A DNA stretch of 63,052 bases, counting the filler, from Octopus bimaculoides (taxonomy: Eukaryota), in the NCBI RefSeq assembly GCF_001194135.2. It is 6 parts of 6 records of this genome, joined end to end, with 100 filler letters (N's around TTAATTAATTAA, not from the genome) between each part and the next. Parts side by side here need not be neighbours in the genome. Positions count along the whole stretch, not along the records: positions 1,944 to 28,315 come from NC_068982.1; positions 28,416 to 39,732 come from NC_068987.1; positions 39,833 to 59,401 come from NC_068995.1; 3 more parts are not named here. The stretch is one strand, 5' to 3'. The notes beneath the pieces were generated by a model that ran no database searches, had not been told where the DNA came from, and saw nothing but the letters and a program-made list of their open reading frames with translations. Position numbers and translations under genes: made by a program. Shown here one piece after another: positions 27,378 through 40,207 of this stretch. How positions within the stretch are numbered: the stretch's first letter is position 1; each line of letters starts with the position of its first letter.

Positions 27378-27746
27378 TATTTTATTTAAAAGAGTTTTAA
27401 CTCTGTGTTTTTTATGTTTTTTATTTATATTCTTGTAAAATTTACGTGGGATATAGAATATGGAATATATGATATATAATATAAAAAAAGATGGATGGTA
27501 CAATGAAATGAAGTATTGAATGTCTTATTGAATATATGGAATATGTTTTATTGAATATATGAAATATTGAACACTCAATATTTCATATATTCAATAAGAC
27601 ATTCAATACTTCATTTGATTGTACCATCCATCTTTTTTTATATTATATATTATATATTCCATATTCTATATCCCACATAAATTTTACAAGAATATAAATA
27701 AAAAACATAAAAAACAGACAGATTTGGAACTCTTTTAAATAAAATA
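27378..27746. repeat. ~370-bp imperfect foldback inverted repeat (4-nt loop ACAC at 27571-27574)
   Basis: The arms align end to end with about 6 substitutions and one 2-bp indel, plus a 23-bp duplication in the left arm near the tip. Confidence 0.9.
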
Positions 27747-28215
27747 TTATATATATATATATATACCAGTGTAGGAATGTATGTTGTGACCGTATTTACG
27801 TGTGTGTACGTGTAGTATTTTAGCGAATCTAATTATTTTAAACCGCGTTCTTCGCCGATTAAACTTTGCATTATTAAATATCCAAACTAGAAACGCCATT
27901 TTGATTAGATTTAGTAATTTACATTCATTTGTTACACATGCAGTCACTTTATCACTTGTGAATTCTCTGTCTCCTGATTATATATCGTCAATATATACCC
28001 CCCCCCCACTCTAGCCACACACAATATCTCGATGTATGTACGTCCCCCATAATTACATGTAAATATATATCATCATACTTTTTGTTCTCTTACCCGTTCA
28101 TCTCTTCTCTCATTATGTACATACTTCCTGTATGTATTTATGTATGCATTTATGTATGTATGTATGTGCGCGCATATGTATATATGCAATTACAGATATA
28201 TATACGTATATATAT

Positions 28216-28273
<58 letters not shown>

Positions 28274-28415
28274 ATGTATACGTGTGTACATATATGTATA
28301 TGGACGTGTATATATNNNNNNNNNNNNNNNNNNNNNNNNNNNNNNNNNNNNNNNNNNNNTTAATTAATTAANNNNNNNNNNNNNNNNNNNNNNNNNNNNN
28401 NNNNNNNNNNNNNNN

Positions 28416-28461
<46 letters not shown>

Positions 28462-28480
28462 GTGTGTGTGTGCGCGCGCT

Positions 28481-28550
28481 CACCAATACTTGACAGCCGG
28501 TGCTGATGTGTTTACGTCCCCGTAACTTAATCGACTGACAAAAGAGACGA
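28481..28550 (+). mobile_element. Fragment of abundant octopus SINE 3' region (gtgtttacgtccccgtaactta motif)
   Basis: Opposite-orientation homologue of 58273-58500 and 61779-61913. Confidence 0.6.
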
Positions 28551-28589
28551 CAGGAACGGCGTGAAAGTTCGTCGGATGGATCCTATTTG

Positions 28590-28780
28590 TAGTTCGAAAG
28601 TCCAACATCTTCATTCTTGGCGAAGGCGGAGGTTTTGCTTCCAGTTGCGAACAAGATATCTCAAGAACCTCTGAATGGATTCGTGTAAAACTTTCAGGGA
28701 TGTTTGGCCTCGTGAAAGGCACGAACTGATTAGATTTGGGGATCAATCCGGTACTGGACAAGAATTGTGGATTACTATAC
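28590..28780 (-). mobile_element. Putative non-autonomous Helentron/HINE-like repeat fragment
   Basis: Minus strand ccaaacatccctgaaagttttacacgaatccattcagaggttcttgagatatc resembles the aaatttcat..aatcc..tcag..gttcttgagatat motif. Recognition only. Confidence 0.35.
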
Positions 28781-28847
28781 CTGTTTTTTTTTTTTTACTT
28801 AAATTTTGAGAGCGGTTGCGTTCATTTTTAGTATAAATCAGTACAGC

Positions 28848-28990
28848 ATGAGGGGGCTCTGAAAAGTTCCTGGTGTTGGGTAAAAGAAAATACAGGAGGG
28901 TGTGTCAATTATGATTTTATTCAACGTATTCCCGTCTCAGATACATAAGTTTATTGCAGCGGTCCTTCAGGTTTTCTAAGCTTTGTAAAA
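28848..28990 (+). mobile_element. Mariner-like element terminus (truncated)
   Basis: tgagggggctctgaaaagttcctgg...gattttattcaac...ttattgcagcgg resembles mariner TIR and subterminal sequence. Confidence 0.55.
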
Positions 28991-29455
28991 TCCCATTACT
29001 AGCCGTTTCCAGTCCTTGTCTCGTCCAGACATTATGATCAGGAGGTGTGTGATAGAAAAACGGCCAGAAGAATAACAGTTAACAGCTACGTAATTTTTAC
29101 ATTTACAAATTGTCAAAACCAAATACAGTTTTTATATGATGTTTAATACCTTTTAAAAAGCATTTTTAAAGTTTTTTTTTCGTTCCATTGACATTCAAAG
29201 TAGATGCTGACATTAAGAATATCACTCATCCGTTTCCGTGGAGTGAATGGTATGCACACTCGCGCGCGCGCGTATACATGCACATATATACATACATATA
29301 TATATGTCTATAAAGATACGTATATATCCATATATACGTATTATGTAGATCCTTGTAATGGAGCATGGTAACCCATTACTAGCCCTCTCCTGACCTTTTC
29401 TCGTCCAGACATGATGATCAGGAGATGAATGATAGAAAAACAGCCAGAAGAATAG

Positions 29456-30448
29456 GATGTCCATAAATTACCTTTACAAAATGAAAAATAAGAATAACTC
29501 AGCCGAGTTATTGTAATACATGGGCAAACAGATAAAGTTTGATCAAAAACATCCGAACACTTCTACATGGGTTCCATTAGTTGCCCGTAATGCATCTAGT
29601 CAAAGATCAATTTCTGACCATGTGCGTTGGAGCATCCCTTTGTTAGTGTTGGATATACCGTGGCGTATTTTTGCTGAGATCATAGAGGTTTGAACTTTTG
29701 TACGATAGACTCTGTCTTTAATGTAGCCCCATAAGAAGTTGTCTCTCAGAGTTTTATATCTGGTGACCTAGGTGGCAGTGGGAACTGGACTACCTCTTCC
29801 ATTTCACAGGTTTGGGTAAGTTTCATTAAGAACACTTAACCCGCTTCCCCAATGGAACGGTACACCATCTTGGTAGAAAATAATTGTTGATTGCAAGTGG
29901 TGCAACTTCAGTGCAACAAATTCTTGTGAAAGATCATAGTATGTCTTGGAAACAATCAGTTCTTCTGCAAAGAAAAATGGGCCAATCACTCTAACAAGCT
30001 TGTGACTGCATCAAACGTTGACCAGATTCTGATGTTGTGCTTATTTATCATTCCTGATGCATGAAATGTTGCTTCATCACTAAAACGAATCTTCCGAGTG
30101 AGCCTTCTTCTTCATCTAAGCAAGCTAACATGTCCACGCAAATTGTTTCCTTTGGGGCTTGTTATCTGGTTAAAATGCTTGTAAAAGTTGTACTTTATAA
30201 GCATAAAGCCTCAAGTTCTTGCGCAAAACTTTGTGAATTGTTAACTGTCTACTTGCAGTACGGATAAACTTAGTTGGACTACGATGAAGTGCTGCTCAAC
30301 ATCTTCCACATGTTCTCAGTCGGCAATTCCTTGTTTTCTATAAGACGCTTCCTGTTTCCATAAATTGTTTATGCCACGCACGGATGCTTACTCGAGTTGG
30401 TGGTTCTTTTCCATATATTTTGCATTGCACTTTCTCTTGTGGTGTCAT
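29456..30448 (-). mobile_element. Degenerate Tc1/mariner transposase (DUF4817-HTH, DD37D/maT-like)
   Basis: Frameshifted remnants MTPQEKVQC, YGKEPPTRVSIRAWHKQFMETGSV, RSPTKFIRTASRQL, FSDEATFH, IGPFFF, IIFYQDG.P.HW, RSPDI, LWGYIKDRVY, MLQRTWSEI, LRATNGTHVEV. TIR-like ggatgtccataaatt near 29456. Confidence 0.9.
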
Positions 30449-30851
30449 TAAAAGTTAGAGATAAATAATAAACACCTTTAAAGACAGATGAAAGTGATTT
30501 ACATATTAAAACAAAGTACATAAATTAAAATTTTAATATTTATTTAACATGCAAAGCTGGTTGATGCATCTCATGTCCCTCACCAGCGCTTGACGAAAGT
30601 AATTTAGGATGAATAAAACTATAAATAATTAAAATATAAATATTATAGATAAAATTGCTCAATAAGAATGGTGGTCATTGAAAAGTTTACGAGTTTAATA
30701 TACTAATTATATAAAAATATAATTTTGTAAAAACCTAAAGTCCTAGCTATCGCGTGCAAAACAAAATGAATATAAAGCACAAAAAAATATAATATAAAAT
30801 AGAAAGAAATGAATAGAACTTTCAAGACCTTCAGAAATACTCAAATGATAT

Positions 30852-31062
30852 TGTTGTGTCGACGCCCCCAGGCGAAGAAGTAGGATCTCCCAACACATAT
30901 AAATAGAGGTAGTCTGGCCGTGGTAGAAGTGTCGAGTAGCAGTTGTGTAGCGGTTGAGTAGAGATCGTCCGAAGGTGCTAGAGAGCAGTAGCGTTGAGAC
31001 ATAACAGATATTAAGATAATGATAATAAAAAATTCTTTCTGGATATGAGCTTAAAATATACG
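30852..31062 (+). mobile_element. Possible solo LTR
   Basis: Starts TGTTGTG and contains TATAAAT (~30898) and AATAAA (~31024). No clean CA end or TSD was found. Confidence 0.2.
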
Positions 31063-31598
31063 TATATAAGGCGGTTGGAAAAAACCACTAGCGAAATGCT
31101 GTATAGAGCGGCAAAATAAAAATCGTTTAAAACAATCACAGAAGGAGATGGTTTGTTAAAATGTCGATGGCTTTTTAAAAAGTGGGCAAGTGCGCGATAA
31201 AAATGGGGATATATACTAAAGTCTGAATAGGCGAGCCATAAAGAATCGTTTGGCAGCTCATAGGGTACCGAGAATCGAAGCTCCTAGGATTTTGTAGTTA
31301 TTGGAGTCCAATTTTCCTGCTCTAGCTCCTGTTAAAATATATGTTATTAGACTATGAATAAAATTTGTAACGGCCAATGAATGTGTACCATCCATATTGT
31401 AAGGAGGATTCTTTCGTGCTCTTGTGCCGGGGTAAGAAATCCTTTGTGGTGATGGTGGAGGGGTACCGACCAAGAAATATTCTCCAAATTCCGGTCTCAG
31501 GATTTGAAACTGGTCGGTAGAAGATACATGAAATGGCGATACAGATGCTCTATTGTTACAGTGCAACCCGACCGTTCCACTGCAGAAACACATAGATC

Positions 31599-31634
<36 letters not shown>

Positions 31635-31989
31635 CACACACGCACACACACACACACACACACGCGCGCACACACACACATACAATAAACAAAACTCCAC
31701 ATACACATATAACCACACATCCGCTTTCGTACTTCCAGAAATACACTGACACACGCCCACTGACATGCAAGCATGCACACATTCTATTTCTCTCACACAC
31801 CTCCACACACACACACATACACCCAGATACATTAGCGCGCGCGTAAAGTAAAAGGAAGCAGATGTATTGTACTAAGAATACGTTGGTTTTGTGTTCAAAT
31901 CCACTGCAGGCGGTTTGGTGTATATTTGAACAGTGGAAGTTTCAAATTACTTGGTTGTTAATAATAAGTACCAGATCCTCGAGGAATGC

Positions 31990-32144
31990 TACCAACAACA
32001 CCAACACCAACATCACCACCAACACTACCACCATCACCTCCACCATCACCTCCACCATCACCTCCACCATCACCTCCACCACTACCAACAACAACAACAA
32101 CACTTCCACCAACACTATTTACTACTACTACTACTACTAACACC

Positions 32145-32199
<55 letters not shown>

Positions 32200-32244
32200 N
32201 NNNNNNNNNCCACCACCACCACCACCACCAGAACCACCACCACC

Positions 32245-32289
<45 letters not shown>

Positions 32290-32355
32290 GCTACTGTTGC
32301 TGCTGCTGCTGCAATAACAACAATGACAACATTATCAGCCAGTAACAATAACAGC

Positions 32356-32386
<31 letters not shown>

Positions 32387-32390
32387 TCGC
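31990..32390. repeat. Compound trinucleotide microsatellite chain (ACC/ACA/ACT/GCT units) with small gap
   Basis: Directly visible; explains the poly-H/T/P/L/V ORFs. Confidence 0.95.
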
Positions 32391-32767
32391 CAGCCATACC
32401 AGCAAGCTTTAGTCTATGCGTTTGGAGCCAGGTTTTTTAAGTGGTTGATATTGGGTTGGATTAGCTGTGCAGCTGTGTCTGCGGAATGTTGAGAAGAGGC
32501 AACGGTGATGTCATCTACGTAATGTGGCTGTATGGGAGTATGGTTCTGTGGCTGTGTGCATGTTCTGCGGGGGAGGGGGAGGGGAGGGTGCGAGTGAGAA
32601 GGTCACCTGGGTATAAGTTGAAAAGAATGACTGAGGTCAGATTTTCATGGCACTCTGTTCCGGTGGGGGTGGGGTGAGGTGGGGGGGAATTACAAATTCA
32701 AGACGTTTATTTTTGGTGCTGCTTGTTTTATGCCGTCGTGATCGTTGTGGGTGCCGTGGTCATTGTA

Positions 32768-32819
<52 letters not shown>

Positions 32820-33434
32820 TGTTGTTGTTGTTGTCGTCTTCCCCAGATCGAGTAGATTTACGATCAAAAGCATTAGAAACAACATTTTATTTATCTATTT
32901 GTCTATTTATTGTCAGACTGTTAGTTATTTTATGCAATTTAGTGTAGGGTATAATTTGAGGGACATTTGGCAGCTATTTCAAGCAGATTAAGCGAACTCG
33001 TAGAAAAGCCCGCGTTGGTTCGAAATATTTTATGCTCTATTCTGTTTGAGATCAACAACAGAAGACAACAAATCGAACGGACCATCAGATTAAACAACTC
33101 GAACACACACACACACAAAGCGAGGAAGAGAAGGAGAAATAGGGGCAGAGAGAAAGAGAGGTAGAGAGAAAGAGAGAGAGAGAAGACAAAAAACTAAGAA
33201 TTACACACAACTCACCACAATGTTCACACGACAGAAGACAACATATTAATGAAAGCAAAGCTGCAGACAAACACACTTAGAGAATTCCCAGGCACTGCAC
33301 GTGGTCAAAACAAAAAATACAAACATAGTGTATAAACAATATGTTGGATCCATCAGAGATTGCCAATCCTACTTGGGCTCTTGAATGTCTCCATAATGAT
33401 TCACAAAAACTACAAACAATACAAAATACCTCAT

Positions 33435-33466
<32 letters not shown>

Positions 33467-33479
33467 TATCATCATCTGT

Positions 33480-34100
33480 TGCGCACAGCAATGAAATAAT
33501 ACTCGAACATGAAAACCACCTCGACTTGTGAGAATACAGTTTGTTTACTCAGAAAATCTTGAAGTATACAGTTCCTGTCAGTTACATGTGCAGTTAATCA
33601 CAAATATATCTCCAATATCCGAAACACTGCTGCAACAGTAACCTAAGAACTTTATCTGTACCACTCGGCCCAGACTCATGCACATCACCATTCTAACAAC
33701 TCTTTCGATCCCATCCAGTCGAGACAAAAAAAAACAACCACAACAAAACATTAAAACATATACAAAAATAATTACACCATCAATAACATCGTTTTTAGCA
33801 GGGCCAAAGTGGAAGCCTCTTTCTACTAGAAAACGCAACCAAATTGCCCCTCAAAACACACTCATCAGTTTTCTATAAGGAAACAGCGCTTTAAACAATG
33901 TAGCCCTATATACTTCCAAAACGGAATGGTCATAACTAGAATGCTTTTGATTATAGATCTTCTCAATCTGGGCCAGCTAAACAACATCACAAGAATTGAA
34001 CAACGTTGGGATGTACATAAGTGAAGACACAAAAACTGCCAGATTGGTCTTCGCTGTGGGGCCACCCCAAACCAAGTACAGGAGCCTCTACAGTAATTTA
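33480..34100 (+). mobile_element. Possible highly degenerate LINE relic
   Basis: A/C-rich strand bias and a weak resemblance to LINE C-terminal motifs; many stops. Confidence 0.25.
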
Positions 34101-34632
34101 ACTCACAAGAAATGTGGCAGCCGCATCCCTCTCAAAACAACACTTAACAAGAAAATGGAAAGGCATGTTGGTTGAATATGGTGCTAGAACTATTATATCC
34201 AAAATCAGAGATATAATGGTCTTGGGCTGAATACCTTTCGTCATTTGCTTGCTCAATTAAGGGTTTGACCAGAGGCAACACAAAAATAACGACGACGTCG
34301 ATGGGAACAACAGCAACATACATACATACATACATGTATGCATACATACAAAAATATCCTGTTGTTGATGTTGAAATTACAATGAGGGAACCTTGGATCT
34401 AGGTTAGAAACCTGTTCTTTCTCTATTGGCAAAGAATCTTGCAATAAACTGAATAATGACATACATACGTCCATACATACATACATACATGCATACATAC
34501 ATACATATATACATACACACGTACATACACACACACTTGCATACATACGTACTACGTACATGCATGCATGCATGCATACATGTATACATACATACATACA
34601 TACATGCATGCATACATACATACATACATACA

Positions 34633-34663
<31 letters not shown>

Positions 34664-34779
34664 GCTACCACAGACTGGGAAATGGACATACTGCTTCTCA
34701 GTCAACCCAGAAACCATAACGTACCCAAACTTCAACATCGTACTTCTAAAGTAAATGAGTAGTAGCAATCTTTTTCGAG

Positions 34780-34900
34780 AAGCGGGCCGCATGAGACATG
34801 ACTCATCATCGGCGGGGCCGCTCTACTAATATAGTCAAAGTAATTTTTTGTTAGGTGTGCCATTCAGAAATTTCAGCGGGCCTCACTTTGTCCACGCCTG
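34780..34900 (-). mobile_element. hAT (Charlie-like) terminus fragment
   Basis: Minus strand caggcgtggacaaagtgaggcccgc, with a second gcgggccgc motif, typical of hAT ends. Confidence 0.5.
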
Positions 34901-34923
34901 CAATAGACCCTTACATGCGAGAG

Positions 34924-35298
34924 CATAGGTTTTCAAAGTGGGCGCTACCGCCACTCGGTAGATGTTGAGACGGTCCAGGTGGGTGCTGGTGCCTAAGGGG
35001 GCGGTGGGGTTTGGGCGGTAGAGAAAAAGGAAGCGTTGGGAGGAAAGCAGTGGATTGGGGGACGCTATGAATTTATTATAATATCATTATTGCATTGTAT
35101 ACAAATTATATAATATATTAAACATTATTATTGCATTGTATACAAATTATATAATATATTAAACATCAAATGATTCATAGGATACACAAATTAGTAAAAT
35201 ATAAAATATTTATTTATACATAAAAATAGGGGTGGGGACGCTGTGGGTATTATGCGGCCATGAGTGGGGCGGTGGCCAAAAAAGTTTGAGAATCTCTG
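34924..35298. mobile_element. hAT MITE with degenerate TIRs and 8-bp TSD
   Basis: Ends cataggttttcaaa / tttgagaatctctg. Flanks TGCGAGAG (34916-34923) and TGCTAGAG (35299-35306) match 7/8. Contains an internal ~40-bp tandem duplication near 35090-35165. Confidence 0.8.
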
Positions 35299-36049
35299 TG
35301 CTAGAGGGAGGAAGAGTTGTGTTACAGTGAATCTAGAGCAACAGATAAGAGGATTGCTGTTGTCGCACGACCAACTGCATACGCTGTGCAATAGATCTGG
35401 TTTAGTTATGGACAACGTGGAGCTGAACTCCAGCAACAGAAAGCTACCTTTAGTATAGTATATCATAGCATAAAACAATATGATAATAGTACAAGGCATT
35501 AAAGGCAAGTCAGCTGCTTCTGAGTAAGACAGCATAATGATTTTGTCTTTGTTTTTTCTTTCTGTGAAGGATTACATTGTTATCATAACTGTCATTATCA
35601 ATCACCATTACGTTTATCATTAGTAGCACCATCAGAACCATCGCCACCACCGCCACTACCGTCTTCGTCGTCGTACTCGTCACCACCACCACCACCACCA
35701 CNNNNNNNNNNACCACCACCACCACCACCACCGTGGTCGTCGTCGTCATTATCATTATCCTTACCACTCATCACCAACAACAACAGCAGCAGCAGCAACG
35801 ACATCAGCAACAAGTACTTCCAATTCAACAACAAACTCGGGTTGTTTGGTGACGTAATAAGGTATCCATGTTGTTTCGATGACGTCATAGAGTCGCCCCT
35901 GTTGCCGCTAAGTCACCCGTTAACTGATAATCGTATCTTTCATATAACGGATGTGACGCTTCACTGAACACACCAGTTTGTGCGTGTGTGGTTGGGTATC
36001 TACGAACGTGACGATGGGCGTGCGTGTCTGTGGGTGCACTTTGTCTCTG

Positions 36050-36096
<47 letters not shown>

Positions 36097-36847
36097 CTAC
36101 CTGCGTGTGCGTGTACATTGATGCGTGTAGTGGGTAATGCGTGCCTGTAATCGGTAAGTGTGCATTGATGTGTGTATTTGTGTGGGAGTATGTATGAGTC
36201 TTTACGTGAGCATTGAAACGTGCATATCTACGAACGTGTATGTTGATGTTTAGCCCCTGAAGCCGTTTCTAATTCAGCAGGTTTGGATGGTGGAAACAGC
36301 GTATAATGTGTGTGAACGGTGAAGGGGAATATTGTCTGTATGCGTGTTAGTATTTGTGTGAGGGAGTGCGCGTGAAAAGGGAGAGTGTGCGCTTGTTTGT
36401 ATGTATCGATGTGTATATGTAAGTGTTACTATCTGTGTGGGTGTACATGTATGTCTCTGTGTACCATAGGCACATGCATGCATATGCAAACATATGTATG
36501 TATATGTATGTGCGTGTGCGTATTTACGCTTTACCCTNNNNNNNNNNNNNNNNNNNNNNNNNNNNNNNNNNNNNNNNNNNNNNNNNNNNNNNNNNNNNNN
36601 NNNNNNNNNNNNNNNNNNNNNNNNNNNNNNNNNNNNNNNNNNNNNNNNNNNNNNNNNNNNNNNNNNNNNNNNNNNNNNNNNNNNNNNNNNNNNNNNNNNN
36701 NNNNNNNNNNNNNNNNNNNNNNNNNNNNNNNNNNNNNNNNNNNNNNNNNNNNNNNNNNNNNNNNNNNNNNNNNNNNNNNNNNNNNNNNNNNNNNNNNNNN
36801 NNNNNNNNNNNNNNNNNNNNNNNNNNNNNNNNNNNNNNNNNNNNNNN

Positions 36848-36879
<32 letters not shown>

Positions 36880-37182
36880 GGACACAAACTGTGTGTCGGT
36901 AGCCAACCGGAAAAGATGTTTTCCCGGAGCTAAACATTAGTAACATCGTCCTGTGTACGACTACCACATTCTGTCGGAAAATAAACTTTACTATATACAC
37001 ACACACACACATATTTTACGTATGTTTGGTGATACGTAAGTAGGTAAGCACGTGTATACACACATACGCGCACACACACATATGTGTGTGCGTGTGTGTA
37101 TATATATATATATATTTATTTTTGCGTGTGTACATGCATACATACAAGCATACATACATATGTGTGTGAGTGTGTAGTGTGT

Positions 37183-37223
<41 letters not shown>

Positions 37224-37232
37224 TTATGTCAT

Positions 37233-37340
37233 GGCGGTAAGCTGGCAGAATCGTTAGCACGCCCGACATCATGCATAGCAGCATTTCGTTCGTCTTTATC
37301 TTCTGAGTTCAAATTCCGCCGAGGTCCACTTTGCATTTCA
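37233..37340 (+). mobile_element. Octopus SINE 5' half (runs into (TA)n and gap)
   Basis: ggcggtaagctggcagaatcgttagcacg...ttctgagttcaaattccgccgagg. Confidence 0.8.
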
Positions 37341-38003
37341 TATATATANNNNNNNNNNNNNNNNNNNNNNNNNNNNNNNNNNNNNNNNNNNNNNNNNNNN
37401 NNNNNNNNNNNNNNNNNNNNNNNNNNNNNNNNNNNNNNNNNNNNNNNNNNNNNNNNNNNNNNNNNNNNNNNNNNNNNNNNNNNNNNNNNNNNNNNNNNNN
37501 NNNNNNNNNNNNNNNNNNNNNNNNNNNNNNNNNNNNNNNNNNNNNNNNNNNNNNNNNNNNNNNNNNNNNNNNNNNNNNNNNNNNNNNNNNNNNNNNNNNN
37601 NNNNNNNNNNNNNNNNNNNNNNNNNNNNNNNNNNNNNNNNNNNNNNNNNNNNNNNNNNNNNNNNNNNNNNNNNNNNNNNNNNNNNNNNNNNNNNNNNNNN
37701 NNNNNNNNNNNNNNNNNNNNNNNNNNNNNNNNNNNNNNNNNNNNNNNNNNNNNNNNNNNNNNNNNNNNNNNNNNNNNNNNNNNNNNNNNNNNNNNNNNNN
37801 NNNNNNNNNNNNNNNNNNNNNNNNNNNNNNNNNNNNNNNNNNNNNNNNNNNNNNNNNNNNNNNNNNNNNNNNNNNNNNNNNNNNNNNNNNNNNNNNNNNN
37901 NNNNNNNNNNNNNNNNNNNNNNNNNNNNNNNNNNNNNNNNNNNNNNNNNNNNNNNNNNNNNNNNNNNNNNNNNNNNNNNNNNNNNNNNNNNNNNNNNNNN
38001 NNN

Positions 38004-38039
<36 letters not shown>

Positions 38040-38738
38040 CTCACACATACACGCGCGCACACTCATACACTTCTGTTTATTTTGTCAAATTTAAGATAAA
38101 CAATTTAAAATTACATTGACTCGATTTTAAATATCTGAAACATAAGTAGTACGTGTAATAGAATGCAGTCTGTTTAACCAATTGTTGTCTTATTGAAAAA
38201 GGAAATATGCTAACAGAATTATGAACGAAATGCGTTATACTATTTAGTTATGTCTCAAAGCTGTAATTTCAATTCTGCCAAGGTCAGCTTGCGGCTTTAC
38301 TTTTCTTCCTTTGGGAGTTGTTAGAATAGAATATCACTCAAATACCAAATGGATATATTCGATTACACAGCGTGTCCCTGGTGGCTAGCTTTTATAGGAG
38401 AGATAATTACTTCAAGACTAAGTTAAGTTGAATGATGAGATTGAAAATTTGGAAGTTACACCAAAGAGTTAAAAGGTGAATGGAGCACGCACATTTTATA
38501 TTTTTTTGTTTCTACACATTATAAAGTTCTTAGTTTTGAGTCGTTGGTAGCCATGTATAATGGTATTTCACCCTTTCTTTGAATCGTCAGCTGCATTGCG
38601 TAAGTTGAGACAAATAATTACTTGTCACAACTTGTGCCTAGTTTATAAAGTAAACTAAAATCCATTTTACGAAGTCAGACATTGCTTCTGGAGAGAAAAT
38701 AGTTTATAATCAATTATTCAAAAGCGTTTCACATGTAA

Positions 38739-38809
38739 GCATCGGTGGTTCAGTGGTAGAATGCTCGCCTGCCACGCGGGCGGCCCGGGTTCGATTCCCG
38801 GCCGATGCA
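38739..38809 (+). tRNA. trnG-GCC: tRNA-Gly (anticodon GCC)
   Basis: GCATCGG/CCGATGC acceptor stem with discriminator A. A box TGGTTCAGTGG, B box GGTTCGATTCC. Anticodon arm CTCGC-CTGCCAC-GCGGG with GCC at 38771-38773. T6 terminator at 38817-38822. 71 nt, no intron. Confidence 0.97.
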
Positions 38810-39029
38810 CATAGTATTTTTTATTGCTTATTTCTACATTGTCTTTTAACGAATATTTATGGATGGTGAGTTTGCTTGATTTTAGCTCAGAACAATAACA
38901 CAAGAGCCTGATCTAAAGCTAAACGCCAGCACTGCATGTCTATTATTTTTCCTAATCACTACATTCATGCGGAGTGGATTGGAAATCAAAACATAGTGAG
39001 GTGTCGGGGGATCGTATATAAATTTCTTT

Positions 39030-39190
39030 CAGGCGCAGGCATAGCTGTGTGGTTAAGAAGTTCACTTTGTAACCACGTGGCTTTGGGTGGAGTTCCACCA
39101 CGTGGAACCTTCGGTTAATGTCTTCTACTATAGCTCCAGGACGCTCAGTGTTTTCCGAGTGATTTGGTAGATGCAAACTGTAGAAGCATT
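39030..39190 (+). mobile_element. OR2-like CORE SINE 5' portion
   Basis: aggcgcaggcatagctgtgtggttaag...accttcggttaatgtcttctactatagc...gatttggtagatgcaaactg. Confidence 0.7.
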
Positions 39191-40207
39191 TCAGAGAGGA
39201 AAGAAGAGAAAGACAACGCATTATCAACGATAAGATCAATATCAACAATAATAACAAGTTCCCGTCTACTTCTCAAGTTCTATCTGAATAGGAAAATGAA
39301 GGTGGAAAAAGAAGTGCTGCTTCCAAGCAAATTTGTTGGAAGATGAACGAGAGTTGTGAGCGTGATCCGAGTGAATGGGCTTGTTACAAGCATATGGCTG
39401 GAAATTGGAAAAGGATGACTGCGAGAAGGCACTTGCCTTAGTGGCTTAGGTGAACGTGGTTTTTGTGGCGTTTTCGCGAATAGCCTTCGAGAGTTAACCC
39501 ATTTTTGAAAAGTTTTCTTTATTGAATCATTTTTTTCTTTTGTTTACTACTTTTTTTTTCGTGTAATACCACTCTATATTGTCATGTACCGTCCTCTTTT
39601 TGTCAACCCTTCTTGTTAATTAACAGTGTTACTATTTTTATCATCATGATCATGATCATCATCAACAGGATCACCACCACCACCACCACCACCACCACCA
39701 CCACCACCATCATCATCATCATCGTTAAGCTGNNNNNNNNNNNNNNNNNNNNNNNNNNNNNNNNNNNNNNNNNNNNTTAATTAATTAANNNNNNNNNNNN
39801 NNNNNNNNNNNNNNNNNNNNNNNNNNNNNNNNGTTACGCACATAGATACGCACAGCGTAATTTATTATATAAACAATATATGCGTATAAATTACGATTAA
39901 ACCGGATGAAATATGTCACAGGGAATAACATTTTTATGACCGCCCAGCAGTAACTCTATTCAGCTGAATAGACGTCAGTGGTTGGTTGAAATTACAGAAA
40001 TACGACAACTTTAACATGGAATAACTTGCGATGTACGTTTTTTTGTTAAGAAGACTAAGAGTAAAAGATGTTTTATATGACACATTCTACCAGTGTCCCA
40101 AGTTTCAAAGTGTTTCGTTAGTGTTTCGTTAAGAAAATACTGGTGCCCCCGTTTTGAAATAGATCCCACTTCTGTGTTTCATGCCTATTCATTTATTGTT
40201 TCGGTCT

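Noticed and set aside
31933-32412. Poly-His/Thr/Pro ORFs resembling homopolymer-rich or mucin-like proteins
   Set aside because: All frames are open because of trinucleotide repeats; there is no unique domain or splice context.
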